Under the pieces are notes generated by a model, which did no database searches, was not told the origin of the DNA, and saw only the letters and a program-made list of their open reading frames with translations. From the NCBI GenBank assembly GCA_964636395.1, contig CAZWRQ010000002.1:1-57606 (forward strand): a stretch of 57,606 nt of DNA. Direction: 5' to 3'. Shown one piece after another: positions 55,458-57,606 of this stretch. The DNA is from an uncultured Holophagales bacterium (GTDB lineage Bacteria > Acidobacteriota > Thermoanaerobaculia > UBA5066). The stretch's first letter is position 1, and every line of letters begins with the position of its first letter. A program made the translations under genes and the position numbers.

Positions 55458-57188
55458 ATGCAGAACCGCACCACCACGCTCCTCCTCGCCGCCGCGGTCC
55501 TCGTGGCGCCCGGCCTCCGGGCGGAGGATCCACCCGCGAAGACCACTCAGGGGAGCCTCGAGCTCGGCGGCTACGGCACGAGCGTCGACGGCGCCCCCGG
55601 GAAGGCGATGGAGTACGAGCCGACCGGCAAGTACATGCCCTACCGGCTCTTCGCGTCCGCCCACGAGAGCTGGGGAAGCCTGAAGATCTCCTCGGAGAAG
55701 AAGGCGGGGGACGACGAATCGCATCGCCTCGCCTTCGACGTGAAGCGGACGGTCCGGGCGAAGGCCTGGCTCGACCAGGTGGCCCACCGCCAGCCTCACG
55801 ACCCGATGAAGAACCTGACGGCCGCCGTCGCCGACGGAAAGTTCGTCTGGAACACCGACCTCGACCCGACGGCCGCCTACAAGACGTCGTACACGACGTG
55901 GGGCGGCCGCGCCGAGGTCCAGCTCCCGTCCCTGTCGGCGGCCACTCTCGGCGTCTCCTACGGAGAGCAGCGCCGAAAGGGGCACGTCCAGCTCATGGCG
56001 CTCTCGCACTGCGACAGCTGCCACGTCACGAGCCAGTCGCGAGCCGTCGACGAGAAGACGCGCGACGCCGCCGTCGACCTCCTCGTCGCCTTCCGCGGAG
56101 GGAGCGCCCGGGTCGGGTACAACCACCGCGAGCTGAAGAACGAGGAGCCCTACGCCCTCTACACCTACGACCGCGCGATGCACCCGGTGGCGCGGACGCC
56201 CATCTTCGACAACCGCCTCCAGTACGACGCGACCGAGGGCGTCCAGCGGATCGACGAGCGCCCCGACACCCGGAAGAACACCGGGAGCCTCGACTTCTCG
56301 CTCGACAGTCTGGCCGGCTTCGCCGTGACCGGGATCGGGGTCGTCTCGAAGACCGAGAACCGGTTCGCCGGCCTCGAGGCCTCCTATGCCGGAGGCGCGC
56401 TCGCGCTCGCCCGGAGCTGGGACTCGGGCCTCAGGCTCCGGTTCCGGACCCGCTACTACACGATGGACAACGACGACGTCTTCGTCGACGTCATCGAGCG
56501 GAAGTCGGTCGCCGGGCCCCAGGCGGGGAAGACCTACCGCGAGATCTACAAGTACGACCCCGACTTCCTCCGGACCTCCGCGCTCGGCCGGGACGTCTAC
56601 GAGTCGAACCTCGAGGCCGCGTACCGGCTCGGGAAGGCCGCCGGAACCCTCAAGGCGGTCTGGAGCTTCCAGAGCCTCTCCCGCGACAACGTCGAGGCGA
56701 CCCCGGGCGAGGAGACGACGGTGACGAACGTCGTCGGCCTCTCCTGGCGGGCCCAGGTCGCGAAAGGCTTTCGGCTCTTCGCGGACGCCCGCCACGGCGC
56801 GGTCTCGCACCCGCTCCTCGCGCTCGACGGCACCTGCTCGCAGCTGCAGTTCCCGACGTCGGGGACGAGCGGCCTCGACCCGAAGCTCGCTCAGTACTGG
56901 CAGTCCCACGCGGCGCGCGTGGGCGACGGCACCGCGTACCCCGAGAGCTGGAACGAGCTGAAGGCCGGCGCGACGTGGACCACCGGCGCGCTCGGGCTCA
57001 CCGCGAACTACCGCTACTACACCGGCGACAACGACGCGGGCGACTTCACCGACTGGTCGAAGACGAACCACTCGGCCACCGTCACTCTCTGGTCGATGCC
57101 CTCCCCGACCTGGGACTGGTACGTCGCCTGGGCCTTCCAGAAGAGCGAGCTCGGAGGTCACACCTGCGTCTCGCTCTTCGATGGGTGA
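55458..57188 (+). CDS. MtrB/PioB-family decahaem-associated outer-membrane beta-barrel, as terminated at UGA 57186-57188
   Basis: ATG 55458 has AGGAGAGGAGAG upstream, followed by a signal peptide (LLLAAAVLVAPGLRA). It has long alternating beta-strand sequence and an internal HCDSCH motif, and it is adjacent to the decahaem gene. It ends at a TGA after which the frame stays open. Confidence 0.8.
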   Translation: MQNRTTTLLLAAAVLVAPGLRAEDPPAKTTQGSLELGGYGTSVDGAPGKAMEYEPTGKYMPYRLFASAHESWGSLKISSEKKAGDDESHRLAFDVKRTVRAKAWLDQVAHRQPHDPMKNLTAAVADGKFVWNTDLDPTAAYKTSYTTWGGRAEVQLPSLSAATLGVSYGEQRRKGHVQLMALSHCDSCHVTSQSRAVDEKTRDAAVDLLVAFRGGSARVGYNHRELKNEEPYALYTYDRAMHPVARTPIFDNRLQYDATEGVQRIDERPDTRKNTGSLDFSLDSLAGFAVTGIGVVSKTENRFAGLEASYAGGALALARSWDSGLRLRFRTRYYTMDNDDVFVDVIERKSVAGPQAGKTYREIYKYDPDFLRTSALGRDVYESNLEAAYRLGKAAGTLKAVWSFQSLSRDNVEATPGEETTVTNVVGLSWRAQVAKGFRLFADARHGAVSHPLLALDGTCSQLQFPTSGTSGLDPKLAQYWQSHAARVGDGTAYPESWNELKAGATWTTGALGLTANYRYYTGDNDAGDFTDWSKTNHSATVTLWSMPSPTWDWYVAWAFQKSELGGHTCVSLFDG

Positions 57189-57602
57189 GCGGCGACCATC
57201 CTATCGGGCCAGTTCGGCTCGAACGCGTCCCGGGTCACCTCCGACTCCACCAGCAGCACCGTCATGGCCGGCGTGAACCTCCGCCCCGCGGGGCCGGTCA
57301 CGCTCGCCCTCCTCGCCTCCTACACCGCCTCCGATTTCTCCATGGACCCCTGGACCCTTAACGGAGGCGAGTTCGCCGCGCGGAGCCACCTCCAGCCGTA
57401 CGACTACTCCCTGACCCACACCTTCTCGGACCTCGACGTCTCGCGTTTCGACGCGAGCGCCGAGCTCCGCTACAGGCTCTCCAAGAGCTTCTCGCTCCGC
57501 GGCCTCTACAGGTTCATCGACTACCAGGACGACGCCCCGTACCTCGAGGACGCCTCGGGCAGGGTCAACGTCGTCTCCGGAGGCTTCGGGCTCGTCTTCT
57601 AG
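57189..57602 (+). CDS. In-frame continuation of the MtrB/PioB-like barrel beyond the UGA (C-terminal strands ending GGFGLVF)
   Basis: It is in the same frame as 55458-57188, with no stop until TAG 57600-57602. There is no SD before the internal ATG 57264. It has an OMP-type C-terminal Phe. The joined length of 714 aa is close to MtrB (~700 aa). Confidence 0.6.
   Translation, partial: AATILSGQFGSNASRVTSDSTSSTVMAGVNLRPAGPVTLALLASYTASDFSMDPWTLNGGEFAARSHLQPYDYSLTHTFSDLDVSRFDASAELRYRLSKSFSLRGLYRFIDYQDDAPYLEDASGRVNVVSGGFGLVF
57204..57222 (+). promoter_or_regulatory. Candidate SECIS-like hairpin downstream of the mtrB-like UGA
   Basis: U-CGGGCC-AGUUC-GGCUCG-A gives 7 bp including one G-U. The loop starts 22 nt after the UGA and has G at its second position. 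It is weaker than the selD element. Confidence 0.3.
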
Positions 57603-57606
57603 GAGC

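Noticed and set aside
57264-57602. The 112-aa ORF treated as an independent gene.
   Set aside because: It has no Shine-Dalgarno and is in the same frame as the upstream barrel, with no intervening stop other than the UGA. The sequence is simply the C-terminal strands of an OMP. It is treated instead as a continuation (readthrough, Sec or pseudogene).
1-57606. Looked for mobile elements, prophage or defence genes, CRISPR repeats, rRNA/tRNA genes and compositional islands.
   Set aside because: No transposase, integrase or recombinase motifs were found, and no regularly spaced direct repeats or structured RNA gene signatures. GC content is uniform apart from short intergenic regions.

Overview
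This is a gene-dense, uniformly high-GC bacterial chromosomal segment, with most genes joined by 1-14 nt overlaps. High GC, multihaem and sigma-54 content suggest Myxococcota or Acidobacteriota, but that is only a guess. I found no rRNA, tRNA, CRISPR array, transposase or integrase.

The window is dominated by respiratory electron-transfer modules:
- A run of about 16 genes with no gap over 12 nt (5541-22251) joins a cbb3 oxidase set (fused ccoNO, ccoQ, monohaem ccoP, ccoGHIS) directly to Alternative Complex III (actABCDEF), plus two accessory membrane proteins.
- A sigma-54 activator is coupled to a Rieske protein, a b6-like cytochrome b and a cytochrome c with 11-12 haem motifs (29946-34370).
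- An MtrA/DmsE-like decahaem cytochrome sits with an MtrB/PioB-like outer-membrane barrel (54563-57602).

Other content:
- A radical SAM/SPASM enzyme is coupled to a 141-aa protein.
- A type III PKS, ICMT-methyltransferase, ACP and FAAL operon resembles the M. xanthus ftp cluster.
- A CoA-transferase sits with an acyl-CoA dehydrogenase-SCP2 fusion.
- TPR-GAF-GGDEF and His-kinase/receiver signalling genes are present.
- Also present are a glutathione peroxidase, a CDGSH protein, outer-membrane barrels and a large BNR-repeat secreted protein.
- A stress island holds a DoxX, DUF2063 and DUF692 (MNIO) set with a Cys-rich secreted precursor (bufferin-like RiPP), next to msrBA and an ECF sigma with an NrsF-like anti-sigma.

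Two in-frame UGA codons stand out. One is in selD at the catalytic Cys/Sec position and has a convincing SECIS-like hairpin. The other interrupts the MtrB-like barrel two genes downstream, and the frame stays open through to a proper OMP C-terminus. The second could be a selenocysteine in an outer-membrane electron conduit, or simply a very recent pseudogene or a sequencing error.

All family calls come from motifs read by eye in the translations. No database search was run.
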